From Thermodesulfovibrionales bacterium (GTDB lineage Bacteria > Nitrospirota > Thermodesulfovibrionia > Thermodesulfovibrionales > UBA6898), in assembly GCA_044450345.1 (NCBI GenBank), contig JBIOIY010000013.1, positions 1-51,230 on the forward strand: a stretch of 51,230 nucleotides of DNA, in the 5' to 3' direction. The position numbers and the translations under genes are program-made. This document shows, piece by piece, positions 50,849 to 51,230 of this stretch; position 1 is the stretch's first letter; each line of letters starts with the position of its first letter. Below the pieces are notes generated by a model. It made no database searches. It had not been told where the DNA came from and saw nothing but the letters and a program-made list of their open reading frames with translations.

Positions 50849-51229
50849 TTACTCTGTTTCTCTAATAAATTTGAAATAGACCATCGTCCAGTTTCCGAGA
50901 ACTATCGCGGTAATGGCCACAAGACTGGCTATGGACATCGTCGACATACCCGTAACACCATGGCCGAGATTGCAACCTCCTGCAACGACCGCACCTATTC
51001 CCATGAGAATACTCCCGAAGAATACCGTAAGAACTTCCTTTGCCGGGGGTATCTTCCATTTGAACTCTTTAAGGCCGGATGAACTGAGTGCTGCGCCCAG
51101 AGGGACGGCGAGGATAAAAAATACACCCCACGTGCCTTTGAACAACCCGATAAAGCTGAATTCAGGGAAAGGGGAATTGGAGCTGTTGGTGAGCACGGAG
51201 TTGAAGAATTCCCTTAAGGGGGTGGTAAT
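50849..51229 (-). CDS. YeeE/YedE family sulfur-compound transporter, C-terminal part (partial)
   Basis: LMGIGAVVAGGCNLGHGVTG motif; open to the window edge. Confidence 0.85.
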   Translation of the reverse strand: MTTPLREFFNSVLTNSSNSPFPEFSFIGLFKGTWGVFFILAVPLGAALSSSGLKEFKWKIPPAKEVLTVFFGSILMGIGAVVAGGCNLGHGVTGMSTMSIASLVAITAIVLGNWTMVYFKFIRETE

Positions 51230-51230
51230 A

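Overview
Bacterial chromosomal segment. Gene content and protein sequences suggest an anaerobic Nitrospirota (Thermodesulfovibrionia-like) organism; this is an inference. Most of it is housekeeping: hisG end, speD, pgk/gap, mtnA, polyprenyl synthase, a dGTPase-like gene, a lipid A cluster (gnnA/gnnB-like, lpxB, waaA, lpxK), class II aldolase, dnaJ-hspR-clpB, rho, mqnB/mqnD, rpmH-rnpA-yidD-yidC-mnmE, CBS-PPase and tRNA-Leu(CAA). Accessory parts are a pair of GT-C-like membrane genes followed by a GtrB-like remnant, a decayed large transglutaminase/Ig/PKD locus (19.5-24.7 kb), a DUF559/HicB insert in the LPS operon, and a cytochrome with 11 putative heme motifs. The most striking non-genic signal is a set of short repeats. 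A 30-bp element (TCCGCRCCCNGGCGGATTCGCYGAGGAGAA) occurs three times, plus one variant. Two copies sit precisely inside other palindromic repeat families, with no target duplication. Several repeat families lie in frame within the transglutaminase gene. No CRISPR array, rRNA or transposase was seen. All calls come from reading motifs by eye; no database searches were run.
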